A stretch of 63,888 nucleotides of DNA, filler included, from Octopus bimaculoides (GCF_001194135.2; 5 parts of 5 records of this genome joined end to end with filler, not necessarily neighbours in it); one strand, 5' to 3'. Shown: positions 27,429 to 41,838, counted from the first letter of the whole stretch. Notes: generated from the letters alone by a model not told the origin. Made by a program: numbers and translations.

Positions 27429-27750
27429 GACCGGGCGTTGTGAGTGTTTATTGAGCGAAAACACCTAAAGCTCCACGAGGCTCCGGCAGGGGATGGGTGT
27501 CGAACCCTGCTGTACTCTTCCACCACAACTTTCTCTCACTCTTTCTTCCTGTTTCTGTTGTGCCTGTAATTCAAAGAGCCAGCCTTGTCACACTGTGTCA
27601 CACTTAATATCCCCGAGAACTACGTTAAGGGTACACGTGTCTGTGGAATGCTCAGCCACTTTCACGTTAATTTCACGAGCAGGCTGTTCCGTTAATCGGA
27701 TCGACTGGAACCCTCGACGTCGTAAGCGACGGAGTGCCAACAACAACTCC
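27429..27750 (+). mobile_element. SINE-like repeat (family E), 5' end cut by the scaffold spacer
   Basis: gaccgggcgttgtgagtgtttattgagcgaaaacacctaaagctccacgagg...gacggagtgccaacaaca: SINE-like architecture with a (CAA) tail. Confidence 0.55.
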
Positions 27751-30614
27751 TCCCTCAAAATTGCTGGCTTCGTGCCAAAATTTCAAACCAATATCTAAGA
27801 GTGTTCTATGAAACCAGAGAATAATCAAGTGCAACTAATCATTAAAATCGCAACTCTCAAATATTTCATCTTGTTAAAGTGCCGTAAAATGTGATCTTTC
27901 ATCTTTTCGTCTTTTCTCTTGGTAAACTCCATTTTTGAACTGTTACATAAATGGAAGACTACAATCAGCCACGGTCTGTGAACATTCACAGCTAGAATCT
28001 TAAGTGTGGCCACATTTACAAGGTAATGGAAGGAAAGTAAATCATGGTTTTTTCCCCCTTTTTTCCGGTAATGACTGTGATGGTGGCGGTTTCTTTAATT
28101 CAATAAATACACTATTTTGTTTTCGAATGCAAGTAGAAGAGTGTTCTTTGAATTTATTTTAAATGATATTCCAATTCGTTGCTATTATGCAAAGTGTCGT
28201 AAGTCCAAAACACAAGACATTCGACAGTTTAATATAATAACAACGTATTAATGGCGGCAAGCTGGCAGAATCGTGAGTACGCCGGGCAAAATGCTTAGCA
28301 GCATTTCGTCCGTCTTTTCTGAGTTCAAATTCCGTTTGAGGTCAACTTTACTCTATCCTTCCTGAGTCAATAAAAAAGAGCACTAGTTGAGAACCCTAGT
28401 CGATGTATTCGACTAGCCCATCCCCATCAAATTTCAGGCCTTGGGTCTATAGCAGAAAGGAACATTATTATTACTAAGGCAACAAGCTGGCTGGATCGTT
28501 AGCACACCAATACAATGCTTAGCGGCATTTTATCCGTCTTTACATTCCGAGCTCAAACTCCGTCGAGGTTGGCTTTGCTTTTCATCCTTTGGGGTCGATG
28601 AAATAAGTACCAGTTGAGCACTGGGATCGATGCGATGGACCTACTCTCTACCCCGAAATTGCTAGCCTTGTGTCTAAATTTTAAACCAATTATGTTCTAA
28701 ATTAATGTGAATTATTTAGAATGCAGGCAGACAAGGGTTTTCTTATAGTATATGAATTGACGAAGCTGGAACGTTTTATAAATATTACAGTTTCACCTTC
28801 TAAGATACGTAGTCTAAATGAAAGGGGAAGTGTTCTACGTAGGTTACTTAGCTAAATGGGAAGTCTTCAGGAATGCGTGTTTCATCTAGCTTCATATACA
28901 AAATTTGGTAGCTTTGTAGGGTATCTGAAATTAACTGCCCCAAAAATCAGAGACGATTACTCCGACATTTGTGTGAGGTCTTTATGATATTTAGTATTGT
29001 GCCTTCCCCCCCCCCCATCATGCAAAACCGGCAGTATCTCATGCTACTGAAATACGGTTTGCATTGTTATCGGATCTCTATTTTATATTATTTTCGATGT
29101 TATTTTCCTTTAGCCACCAAACATATTTGGACAATGATGTTGATGACCTTTTTTTTTTTTAAGGACGTACTGCGGTTTGCTTGTTTAAATGTTTTTCTAC
29201 TATTCCGATAATGCATTTTGTCTTAGCACAAGAGTTCACTTCGACCTTGCATATCATCGACTTAGCGTTGCAGCATTGATTCAATGGGAATGCTTCTTTA
29301 CTTATGCATATCAATTTACCAATCGTTGGTGGTTTTGGTTGGTGTATTATTATGTTTCTCATATATGGGGATGCTGCCATTGGTAATTTAAAGCAGTTTC
29401 ATTTGACGAGACAACTAAAACAGTGTTGACCGGCCGAGTGTTTGACACAATGGCTGTGTGGTAATAATCTTGTTTCTCAACCACAATGTCCTGGGTTCAG
29501 TCCCACTGCATGGCACTTGGACAAGTGTCTTCTACTATAGCCTCAGGCCAACCAAAGCCTTGTAGGTGGATATGGTAGACAGAAACTGAAAGAAGCTTGT
29601 CATATACATACATACATACGTACATACATACATACGTACATACATACATACATACATACATGTATGATTGTATGCGCTCGGCGCGTGACCATAAAACTAT
29701 TCAGTTTTCGGCCCTATTGTTAACCGTGTTCAACTTCCACCGTCGCGTGTATACGTGGGTCCTCTGCAATCGAAGCTGGGCTATGGCATGATAAAAGAAC
29801 AAGCGGTGCTGTTTTCTTTTTACGTTTCCGTAACTTAGCAGTTCGGGAAAAGGAACCAATATAATAAGTACTAGGCTTAATAATAAGAACCAGGGTCAAT
29901 TTCTTCGATTAAACCCTTCAAGGCGATGTTCCAGCATGGCTGCAGTCCAATGACTGAAGCAAGTATAAGGAAAAATAAAAACGATTATATCGATTATGAA
30001 CCAGTGTTATGTCTCTTAAATTTCTCTTTCAGAAACTAGTTTAAATAGGCCAACGATATAGCATACATTAGCGACGAAGTATGATCTAATACTTACGAAG
30101 AAAGGGCATGTTTGTTCGTGAGTTTTTTTTATTCAGAACGAATTTATCAAAGAACAGCGGTTTTCCTGGAATGGGTAATGATTTCCAAGTGCATATCAGA
30201 GCATTGTTTAGCGAAGTCAAAAGAAGGGATTATCGGACGAAGAAATCTGCAAGATCATATTGTGTAAATCGATACTTTTAATTATATCTATTGCTTTTAA
30301 ATCACCTATTACTATCGTTGGATTCTCTTATGATTTAGTGGTCAATCGTACTTAAAATTCAGAGTTTGAATTCCAAACAGTGAATTGTGTTTGATGAAAC
30401 CCTGATTTAGTATACACTTTCATATAATTATTCATCTCACCTGGTGAAACGATGATGTAGCACGCTATTTTAATCTTGTCCTGTATTCATGTATATGTAA
30501 TTACTCTGAATTCTATACACACACACAGACACACACAGACACACACACACACATATGTGTATATAACTGAATACCTGTACGTATCCATGCGTGTATATAT
30601 ATATGTATGTATGT

Positions 30615-30646
<32 letters not shown>

Positions 30647-33600
30647 ATNNNNNNNNNNNNNNNNNNNNNNNNNNNNNNNNNNNNNNNNNNNNNNNNNNNN
30701 NNNNNNNNNNNNNNNNNNNNNNNNNNNNNNNNNNNNNNNNNNNNNNNNNNNNNNNNNNNNNNNNNNNNNNNNNNNNNNNNNNNNNNNNNNNNNNNNNNNN
30801 NNNNNNNNNNNNNNNNNNNNNNNNNNNNNNNNNNNNNNNNNNNNNNNNNNNNNNNNNNNNNNNNNNNNNNNNNNNNNNNNNNNNNNNNNNNNNNNNNNNN
30901 NNNNNNNNNNNNNNNNNNNNNNNNNNNNNNNNNNNNNNNNNNNNNNNNNNNNNNNNNNNNNNNNNNNNNNNNNNNNNNNNNNNNNNNNNNNNNNNNNNNN
31001 NNNNNNNNNNNNNNNNNNNNNNNNNNNNNNNNNNNNNNNNNNNNNNNNNNNNNNNNNNNNNNNNNNNNNNNNNNNNNNNNNNNNNNNNNNNNNNNNNNNN
31101 NNNNNNNNNNNNNNNNNNNNNNNNNNNNNNNNNNNNNNNNNNNNNNNNNNNNNNNNNNNNNNNNNNNNNNNNNNNNNNNNNNNNNNNNNNNNNNNTATAT
31201 ATATATATATATATATGCACGTAGTTTACTATTCCGTTATTGATAAAGGTCAACAAAAAGTACTCCATCTAGTGAGATATATATTTAATTTAATATACAC
31301 AGAATTTTCTAAAAAAAAGTTACCAATAGTTTCATGCTGAGGGGATACAATAATTTATAAAAGTGCCAAAGTAGTATATCTCTATGGCATGAAACTCTTA
31401 GTAGCTTTTTATAAAATTCTGTATATATTAAATGATATACACGCACATACACATACACACAAACACACACATATTGAAGTCTGTATATATATATATGGAA
31501 GTCTGCATGTTCCAGGCTGTAGGCCACTCGTTTGTACTTAGGTCACTGATATTTTGCATAGGGGGACATCTAAGAGAAGTTCATAATCTCAAAGATAGAA
31601 TTAATTTTTTTTAATTAAAAATCTTAAATTCATTAATGATGAACACTGCATTTATATTTTAGAAGGAAATTCTTTCTGCACTGACGAATTTCTGAAATTG
31701 TTTCTTCACTGACAAATGTCTATTTTCTATGAAAGAAAATTAATTTCTTAAAATTTCTGAAATTAAAAATCTTAAATATCGACGAAGGTGTGGTTGTGTG
31801 GTAAGAAGCTTGCTTCTCAATCACATAGTTCCAAGTTCAGTCCCACTGCATGGCACCTTGGGTAAGTGTCTTCTACTATAGCCTCTGGCCGACCAAAATC
31901 TTGTGAGTGGATTTGTAGACGGAAACTGAAAGAAGCCCGTCGTTTGTGCGTCATTGCGGTTCTAAGTCAATAGACAAAGTAGGCCTTGCCGTCCATTCAG
32001 GAAAACAGGTAGTAAATGGTCCACAAGCACTCGAACAAACTGAGTCTTCAACTTGCTCCTTTTGCCGAAAGGTTTGCAAGGCACCAGCAGGCTTCAAGAG
32101 ACACATGAGTATCCATAGAATATGATTACTGCCTCGTTTGTCGTTCGGGACGAGAGAGTCTACCATCGCATACATGTGTGTGTGTGTGTGTGTGTGTAGC
32201 TTTGTGTTTGTCCCTCCCGCTGCATTGGTTTCCAACGATGTTGATGCATTTACGTCCCTGTAACTTAGCGCTTCGACAAGAGAGTTCGATAGAATAAGTG
32301 CCAAGCTGAAAAGAAGAAAATAAGTATTGGGCTCGATTCATTCAACTAAAGAATTCTTCAAGGCGGTGTCCCAGTATGGCCGCAGTCTAATGACTGAAAC
32401 AAATGAAAGAAAGATTAATATGAATAATAGATACTTCAATTATTAATAAATGTAAGTTACGCTTATTTATTTTCTACAAAACATCGAGAATAAAAATTCC
32501 CGGAACAATTCTATACATAAAAGCATACATATGTACATGCATGCACAAATACATGCATACATAAATGCATGCATAAATACATACACACATGGCGCAGGAG
32601 TGGCTGTGTGGTAAGTAGACTGTCTACCAACCACATGGTTCTGGGTTCAGTCCCACTGCGTGGCACTTTAGGCAAGTGTCTTCTACTATAGCCTCGGGCC
32701 GACCACACACATCTATCTATCTAGAAGGTTGAAAAGTAACACACGAGTTGATATGTATAAGGAAAATAAGACAAGGTAGAAAATGGTAAAATAATTTTAT
32801 CACGAAGAACATTTTAATACCGGTTTCAGTCTTCTCGACTTTAAAGCATGGAAAACATTTTGATTGAAGAAAAATTAAATGAAATGTTTTTAAAAAAATA
32901 TTTCCATAGTCTTCTAATAGGCAGGACATCTTCCTTTTTCTTCTTCTCTCTCTCTCTTTTATTTTTGTGAGGGCTCGGTAGGTAGTAGCAGATCTGAAAT
33001 GATAGTTAATATTAAAAAAAAATATTTTTTAAATTCATTNNNNNNNNNNNNNNNNNNNNNNNNNNNNNNNNNNNNNNNNNNNNNNNNNNNNNNNNNNNNN
33101 NNNNNNNNNNNNNNNNNNNNNNNNNNNNNNNNNNNNNNNNNNNNNNNNNNNNNNNNNNNNNNNNNNNNNNNNNNNNNNNNNNNNNNNNNNNNNNNNNNNN
33201 NNNNNNNNNNNNNNNNNNNNNNNNNNNNNNNNNNNNNNNNNNNNNNNNNNNNNNNNNNNNNNNNNNNNNNNNNNNNNNNNNNNNNNNNNNNNNNNNNNNN
33301 NNNNNNNNNNNNNNNNNNNNNNNNNNNNNNNNNNNNNNNNNNNNNNNNNNNNNNNNNNNNNNNNNNNNNNNNNNNNNNNNNNNNNNNNNNNNNNNNNNNN
33401 NNNNNNNNNNNNNNNNNNNNNNNNNNNNNNNNNNNNNNNNNNNNNNNNNNNNNNNNNNNNNNNNNNNNNNNNNNNNNNNNNNNNNNNNNNNNNNNNNNNN
33501 NNNNNNNNNNNNNNNNNNNNNNNNNNNNNNNNNNNNNNNNNNNNNNNNNNNNNNNNNNNNNNNNNNNNNNNNNNNNNNNNNNNNNNNNNNNNNNNNNNNN

Positions 33601-34950
33601 NNNNNNNNNNNNNNNNNNNNNNNNNNNNNNNNNNCTATTCTAATTTGGAGAAAAACAAGATGTTTTTATTGTTTTATTTTTATTCGCATAGCAGACATAA
33701 TTACTTTTATGTATTCAATTTTTTCCTTTTTGTTTTTTTTTCTATGTTTTTTTTTCTATGTTTTTTTTTTTTTTTTCAGAGATATTTTTCGTTGAAAGTT
33801 TGTCTTATCTCAATTCAATTAAATTGCTTCAGTACACTTCCACATTTTAGCACTTCTTGTCGTGTCAGTGAAGTCGTAGATACGATTTTGAAAAGTAGTT
33901 AAGATAAATTACTGTCGTATTTGTCGAACGATAATTTCCGCTGCTGGACGAGTGACAGGAACTTAAATAGAACCTTATCAACAGACTTCCACCATAGAAT
34001 AGAGAATAGATTAAAAACCAAACAACAACAATAATAACAACAGCAAAAGCAATAAACAATAACAACAAAATATAATGATTAAATCCCAAACAACTCAAAA
34101 TGTAAATAATGCTTTCTTAAGCTGATAAAATTATTTTTTTTAAAACGCCAATTAAATCAAAATAGAATATTGATTATATTTTTAAGTAGACGCAGTACTA
34201 CATTTACCGAAAAGGGAAAACGAGAAGTCGTGATATCTATGCCTTTCTCAAGAGCAATCATAAAATCAGTGAAGTTAGATGGGTTTAAACGGAAATCGAA
34301 TGTGCGTTGTGATTATCGTCACGTCTCGTAATTACTTTATGCTCTTAAGTCGTATATCATTGCTCACCGCTAACGCAATTCATTTCCTTCAGCGTATGCA
34401 ACCATAACAAAGTTACGTGCCTCTATTTTTATCCTATTTGTTTGCTTGATTGCTTGTGTGATTGAGTGTTCACTCTGCTATCTTAGAAACTACTAAAGTT
34501 AAAAAGTCTAAATTTTATTTCATCGGTGATTACTTAGAACAATTTAAGATGGCATTATCTTCATTTGTTTACTTTAGTGAAGGCACGTGTTCAAGTGCTA
34601 GGGTGATACTCTCTCTATCTTGCGATCGTGGTTTCAATTTCTGGACCGGGCGCTGCAATGTGTTCGTGAGCAAAATACTTCATTCCACGTTGCTTAGGTC
34701 CACTCACCTGTAAATGAGTAACCCTGCAATAAAGGCGTGTGTTCAAGTGGTTTTAGGGTGTTATACTCTCGATCTTGCAACTAGCTAGTCAAAAAAATCT
34801 TTATATGTGATGAAACCAGTATTCATACTGAGAAGTAGTGTTTAAAGCCACCTAAAAACCGACAATACTGCTATTCGCAAATCTTTTATCTTTTACTTGT
34901 TTCAGTCATTGGACTGCGATCGTGCTGGGAACCGCCTTGAAAGGCTTAGA

Positions 34951-35335
34951 CCAGTGACTCTTAAACGGGATCCATATGATCCCTGAGTGGTCCGTATAAT
35001 TTTGGTGGGTCCATGGAAGCAAAGTAGTAAATTAGGGACCTGTAGTTGTATTTTGAGGGTCCAAGAAAAAGTTTTGATTTAGATATATTTATTGCAAGAA
35101 ACAGCTGGGAGTCGTTATTTAACGTTTTATATAATTTGTTTCCGGCCTCTGAAATATATTATCTCAGAGAGAGATATTGCAAGTGAGCGTGCGAAAGACA
35201 AAATACAAAAAGAATTTTTGAAAGAAGTGTCTATAAAACTGGGTTTTAAACATCGACTGGCTATGGTGGGGTCCACCAGAATAAAAGAGTAATGAAAAGG
35301 GTCTATAGGTAAGAAAAATAATTGAAATCTACCGA
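34951..35335. mobile_element. hAT-like MITE remnant
   Basis: Starts ccagtgactcttaaac with repeated gggtccat/ggtcc subterminal motifs at both ends. Right TIR degenerate. Confidence 0.45.
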
Positions 35336-35344
35336 AGCCCATAA

Positions 35345-36660
35345 TTCTCTGTGACCTAATGCTTTCTTAGAAAAGTTGAGCAAAGTGTTGCTGGAAAGCC
35401 GCAATCATTTGCTTTGAACAGCGCAATACAGATCCATCCTGATCTGTCAAAGATTGAATTGTAGCTCTGTTGCCACATCACACCTCTATCATCCGAGCCC
35501 ATCGAACAGATTTCATTCCTCCCTGTTTTAGCATACAATCTCTTATCCTGACGACGTAGCCTTCGTGTTTCACATTGAAGAAATAGCGAGGGACATTGTT
35601 GCCGCTAGCACGTTGGTCGCGATGCTACTTCTTATTTCTTTATTGCCCACAAGGGGCTAAACATAGAGGGGACAAACAAGGACGGACAAAGGAATTAAGT
35701 CGATTACATCGACCCCAGTGCGTAACTGGTACCTAATTTATCGATCCCGAAAGGATGAAAGGCAAAGTTGACCACGGCGGAATTTGAACTCAGAACGAAA
35801 TACCGCTACGAAATACCGCTAAGCATTTCGCCCGGCATGCTTACGTTTCTGTCAGCTCACCGCCTCATCGCGATGCTACTTCTAATTGCCTCTTCTAGTT
35901 TACTAACCAGCTCCTCTAATCTATTACTGTCTATCACTAGCTCTTTACGAAATGCTATTGGCTCATATTTAACTGCTCTCTTCATGGTTCCCACCACTTT
36001 TTGTTGACTGTTGCTCCTGTCAGATGCCTCTAGACCAGCTCACTAATCCAATATCTGTAGTCTTTTCGCACCGGAAAAGACGCGTTCAACTTCCAGCCGC
36101 TGGGACCTAGTCTATGAATCATCCCCAAAGGACTGTGCAGATCACAAATTTATTATCTGTATAGCCGACCAGTTTAAAATGTGGACACCCTAAAGTATTT
36201 CTGTCGGCTAATCTAACGAATACTCTGAGTATCATCTATAAGATCCATTGTAGTCGCTCCAAATCCACATTGGCACATTCGGGAAATCCAGTCGGTACCT
36301 GTCAGGCATTTGAAACATCTGAGCATGTTTTCGAGGCTATTGTATCCTCTTCTATGGATTAACCCTGTACAATCCCATTGAGCCGCCAAAATATCATTTC
36401 AACCCCCTGCTTGTATTAAAGAGCAGGATGTCCCTGGGAAGGTTTCTGGACCTCTAAATAAGTCTGGCCGACCTACCCCGGTGGGTGCATAAACAGTCGT
36501 TAGTCTGAAGGTGCTGCCTTTACTGTCATTCATATCTAAAACCGCCAATTTATCTCCCGGATCCAGGAAGATCATCTGTACCGTTAAACCTAATTCTTTC
36601 TGGAAAAGCACCAATCCCATCAGACCTGAAGATGAGTATGTCTTGTAGTCGTCAAAAATG
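35345..36660 (-). mobile_element. Tx1-clade LINE remnant (endonuclease and EN-RT linker), interrupted by a SINE
   Basis: IFLDPGDKLAVLDMNDSKGSTFRLTTVYAPTG; GPSGWKLNAS; KWWEP; HEGYVVRIR...IQSLTDQDGSVL...AFQQHFAQLF. Confidence 0.8.
35633..35867 (-). mobile_element. tRNA-derived SINE family B with a perfect 16-bp TSD, inserted in a Tx1 LINE. Other copies at ~6700-6830, 12290-12430, 15496-15845 (2), 28253-28690 (2), 38660-38965, 43105-43275, 43535-43765 and 45030-45125.
   Basis: Head ggcggtgagctgacagaaacgtaagcatgccggg...gagttcaaattccgcc. TSD TCGCGATGCTACTTCT at 35617-35632 and 35868-35883. Confidence 0.9.
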
Positions 36661-36776
36661 GAGCTGAATACATGCGTTCTAGAAATTCTGTGTTGTAGGG
36701 GATGTCACGAATCCCCTATATTCTCAGTATATTAGTGTTATATTGCAATAGTACACAGTGGTTGTGTGAGCTGCGA

Positions 36777-37083
36777 ATCCTCGTCGCCACTGTTATGTCT
36801 CAAGCTACTGCTATCTAGAACCTTCGGATGATCTCTACTCAACCGCTACACAACTGCTACTCAACACACCTACCACAGTCAGACTACCTCTATTTATATG
36901 TCTTGGGAGATCCTACTTCTTCGCCTGGGAGCGTCGACACAACAGTTAGGTTTCCTCACAAAGCACAAGATGTGTTGCACACTTTGATCTTCTTAATTCC
37001 GGGTGTATGTAGAACAGTTGAGGAATCTGGCGAAGCAAATATCGCATGGATTTCGAATGTAAATTTGGAGGCGTAGAGACACA
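36777..37083 (-). mobile_element. LTR (TG...CA, ~36791-37083) followed by a primer-binding site
   Basis: On -: tgtgtctc...TATA-like catataaatagagg...cataACA-g-TGGCGACGAGGAT (36789-36777), complementary to the 3' end of tRNA-Ser(GCU) (...AUCCUCGUCGCCA). Confidence 0.65.
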
Positions 37084-37665
37084 ATATGGAACATGTTCTG
37101 CTTTCAACTATTCAAATGACGTGACAAATCACACGACCTACCTAATTCCTAAACCACGAGCCAACGAGGGAGCGTTTATATAGTCACTTTATATATGACC
37201 CGCTAGCAAAATCAGCTAAATCGCTGTTCAATGTCATCCTACTGTATTAAATTATAATGAGGTTTTATTGGATAATGTAGTAGAGGTATAGTTCAAGGAA
37301 AGCTTGGATGGTCATGAAATCAATACCTTTGGTCATAGGTCACCTCGGTCTGATATAATCTGAAGATAAACAACAAAGGCAATAATAGAATCATTAACAA
37401 TAATTACAACAACAACAACAACAACAAAAACAACTAAACCGTTACTTTTATCGTCGTTTCGTGTTCACTGCTGATAACCACTTAAAGATCTATTGGAAAC
37501 CATATTTTGAATGTGTCTGAACACAAATAATTGACTTCACACTATAAATCTAGATGTCTACATAAAAATTGAAAGATTTTTTCGATATAAAACAATTAAT
37601 ACATATACTCATACAAGTATGTATGTATGTATGTATGTCAGTATGTATATATATTTGTGTGTGTG

Positions 37666-37706
<41 letters not shown>

Positions 37707-38989
37707 TTGCGTGTATATTTTTATACTACACTTTGATCTTAGCCAAAAACACACGCATATATATATATATATATATGCAAATATACATATATGCAAATAT
37801 ACAGAGAGACAGGCTAGCAGTATGATAGACTGACAAACATATATACATATCTGTGACGAAAAGTAGTTGTAAGAATTAAGTCGTTTTATTCCGCTAAAAC
37901 ATTCAACTTCAATAGTCGAAGCAGAAGAATAACTTGTCTATATTTACCACAAATGGCTAGCTGCTAGCATTCAACTAAAGTATATAATAAATCACCTGGA
38001 TCAGGAAGAGCAATAGTGATTTCGAAGCATTTATAATTACTTTAAAATTTTAGTCGTTTTGATGCTCTTCAGGTCCTTGTTAATCGAGGGGAAACTTCAA
38101 GTGATGGAACCGTGATTTTCTCTTTAATAATCATCACATCTATGCTGGACATCTGCTCACATGCTTGTTAAACTTTTGTCAGCATGTCTCTGTAGCGATC
38201 AATCAACGGTCGAATATCAATCAGTAGAGACAGAGTTTGGTTACGCTGGCTTCTGGATTTTTTTTTTTAACAAATCAACATCGCAGTAATCTCATACCGA
38301 ATTCTCTTCCCCTCCCTTCAAAATTGGTGGCCCTGACTAAAATTAGAAAGAATTATTAGGATTAAACTATCTAAGTTAAACTTCTTCAGTTTCAAGAGAC
38401 ATCCAAGTAATAACTGTGATGTCAAACGACGCTGAAAGCTAGTCTTTTATGCGGTACCTGATCAATCAGTGAAAACGAAGAAAGAAATCGCAGAAAGCAA
38501 TTCTAAAACAATACAGCAATGTTTATTTGACTGTTTCCTTGAACGAAGTGAAAATGCTATTCTTCTCCATAGAATTCTATCAAGACGTTCTGTTTGACTG
38601 TCCACCACTAGAATTTACCATTCTAGTGTTATAGTTTGAATAATATTAATGTTATCCATACGACTTTGCCTTTCATCCTTTCAGGGTCGATAAATCAAGT
38701 ACCAGTTGTGTATTGGGATCGATCTAATCGTCTGGCCCCCACTCTCCAAAAATCTCGGGCCTTGTGCCTAGAGTAAAAAAGTATATTATTGTTATTCAAA
38801 AAAGGAGCTGACAATCGTTAGTAGTATTTCGTCTGGCTCTTTACGTTCTGAGTTCAAATTTCGCCAAAGTCGACTTTGCCTTTCATCCTTTCGGGGTTGA
38901 TTAAATAACTATCTGTGAAGTACTGGGATTGATATAATCGAATTATTCCATCCTGGTGCCGAAATCTGAAACCATTGTTATATGAAGAA

Positions 38990-40420
38990 ACAGTATAAAC
39001 ATCTTGTGATATAAATTGGGACCTTCACTCTAAGTGGATTGAAGCTGTAGCATCCGACATGAAGAATACATTTTGAAGATAGCGAATTGTTATAGAAGCT
39101 GATTTATCTGAACACAGACGCAAAGTGAGATATTTATTACTCCTCTATAATTACAAAGAAGTCTTCGTAAGAATTAGATGACCGTATGGAACCTTTGAAG
39201 TCGACTCCGAGACATTTAAACTGCTATATGGACTCGAGGAAAACGGTAGAATCCCGGTTTCAATTCCAAGTATGCGATGCATTCGATACAAGTTTTTTTA
39301 TACTAAACATATTTTCAATGAAAATGTCAAGTTCTTAGATCTAACATAGTGTCCTAATTGAATCACCGCAGGATAATACAAAAGATTGATGTAAATTTGA
39401 AATTCTAGGAGTTGATGTTACAGAGGAAAATCTAATTAAAGCAATAGTATATATGCTATCTTTGGCAGGAACGTGTCGAATATCACAACTGTAGACCCAT
39501 AATTCTATGTGCAAACAGTAATCTTGTTCGTTTTTTTCTGTTTTTGTAACTAAATATGAACGAGATTACTTGTTAATCGATGTATAGAGTAAAATAGCTT
39601 CGAAGTAAAAACACTTTGTCATTTACCAACACTTTCTATGATAACCATAGCTTTTTCATTTGGTGAGAGATTACGTTTGGAACATGAAAGAGTTCTGGAG
39701 AAGAACTCAACAGGTTTATTAGATTGTGAAGAGGGCGCTCGAAATTGGTGTTCCAGAACATCAATGTCATCAGCTGTGAAACTTAAGCTGAGATAGAGAG
39801 AGGAAATAACTATTGAAGCTTGAAGCACATGGACTGTGTCGATACGATTTTTGTTTGTACTGGGAAAATAAGATTTATTCGGGTCTAAATTAATTTCGAG
39901 AAAGGAGACTCTCATTTAGAGCAGTAACATTAGCAATCCTAGTAGATGTTGTTTAGGATTGCTAGGTATTTGGTAATCAACGAGGAATTTCAATCTTTCT
40001 AGATCAAGTTGCGGAGAATAATCTATTTCGTATCCTAGGTGACAAATATAGGTTTGACGAATGTAATGTGAAGACTGTTATTAACTGATATAAATTGAGC
40101 CAAGTTCCATCGTGTTCCTCAATAGTTTTGTCAAAGACAATAACATTGCCAAGGTAGGCGTAAATTCCTTTGATATCATTGTTGGTAATTACACCATCGA
40201 TCACTCGCAGAAAAGTGCTTACGGCGTTAGTCACATCAAAGGCTAACCTTGTAAACCGGATTAGACATTTATCAGCTTGAAATGTGTTGTATCTCTTGTC
40301 ATTGTTGAAAGGAATATGATGATATGATGCTGCCAGGCCCAGTTTGAAGTAAAACATTTTTGAGGAAGATAAAGCATATGTGACCATCAATATTACGTTG
40401 TAGATCGTCGTGAAGTTCAT
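38990..40420 (-). mobile_element. Ty3/Gypsy pol remnant: RT, RNase H, integrase, with frameshifts and stops
   Basis: RT: YHHIPF...FTRLAFDVTNAVSTFLRVID...IYAYLGNV (YxDD decayed). RNase H: KPVEFFSRTLSCSKRNLSPNEKAMVIIES. Integrase: HYVRSKNL...CIEC..LKPGFYR. Confidence 0.88.
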
Positions 40421-41063
40421 TAATGTTTCAAGACTTAAATTTCTAAGTGAATTAAAAATGATAGTGATGCATTGTAACCGCATTTTGAAGAAAGTAGCGA
40501 GCGATTAAGGGAATAATGCTGTAACTAATAAAAACATCATGGCTTGATTAAAAATAATTTGGTCAATTCCATAATTTATTTTAGGTTTGCTATATCTGTG
40601 CGCTGAATTTTGACCAGTAAAGCTTACATAATTCTTATTTTAACTTTCTTGCTTGTTAAAAAGAAAAAAAAAATCGCGTGGCAACAACACGTCTCTGTCA
40701 ATACTCTTTTCAGAAGTTCAATTTTTAGTTTATCTCAACAGATTTTCTTTAGATTTCAGGGCTCGCATTCAAAGTTATGACGTTTCGTATATGAACACGT
40801 CAATGTAATCAATGCGATCGAAGAAAGAATAAATAAGTAATGGGTGTATATACATATTTCAAGAGTTAGTGTTCTTTCATCAGTACCAGAAGTTGAAGCC
40901 GAGAAGATCTTGAAACATTAATGGAAGTGTTGTTGTTCGAAAGAAAATAGAAAAAGAAATACGAAAATCGTTAAAAAATCGAAACGAAAGATTAAATTCG
41001 AGCATTGTTGTATCTTGCCTATAAAACAAAACACACGCATACACACACGCGCGTGTATATATG

Positions 41064-41096
<33 letters not shown>

Positions 41097-41757
41097 GTAT
41101 TTGATGCATAAATATATATACACATATAATACATATACGTAAATACATATTCAGATTCACACATATATACCTGTGTGTATGTTTTTATATTATTTTCATA
41201 TTTTTTTCTTCTTCTCTGACATATTAATCCGCTCGGCGCTTGTCTTGCAAAGAATTACAGTGACGTGTTTCAATTTGAGCCATACTAACTTCTAAGACAT
41301 TAAAGTTTGGTATCGATATTCAATCATGTTACAGTTTCTTTTTTACACTAAGAACATTGTTAAATTTTATCGGATTATCTAAACTAAGTAATTCAAAATA
41401 GAATACTCTAGTATTGTAAGAAATATTCTTAAGCTTCGCTGATCTTATCTTCTGGTCATTTTCGATAAAGAACACAAGAAATAAAATAGAGTAACAATCT
41501 TATTTTAGAGCCATCGCGTCTAGTTGCCAAGTTTCTTCTAATGGTTTCTGTCGTCATTCAGTCACGTTTAGAATTATATGGTGTAGTTTTGTTTATAGCG
41601 ATTTTATTTTCGCTTTTCTTATTACCATCTATAAATTTTCTATCTCTGTTCGTTCTCTATCGATAGCTCTCTCTCTCTTTCTCTTTTTGTTCCCTCTTTC
41701 TGTTCCCTCTTTCTACTTTCTCTCCTCCCCCTCTCTCTCCCTCTCTTTCTCTTTCTT

Positions 41758-41838
<81 letters not shown>

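Noticed and set aside
32811-32850. Minus-strand agtc-gagaa-gact-GAAA-CCGG-TA, resembling the 3' half of a hammerhead
   Set aside because: No CUGANGA upstream; only half a motif.
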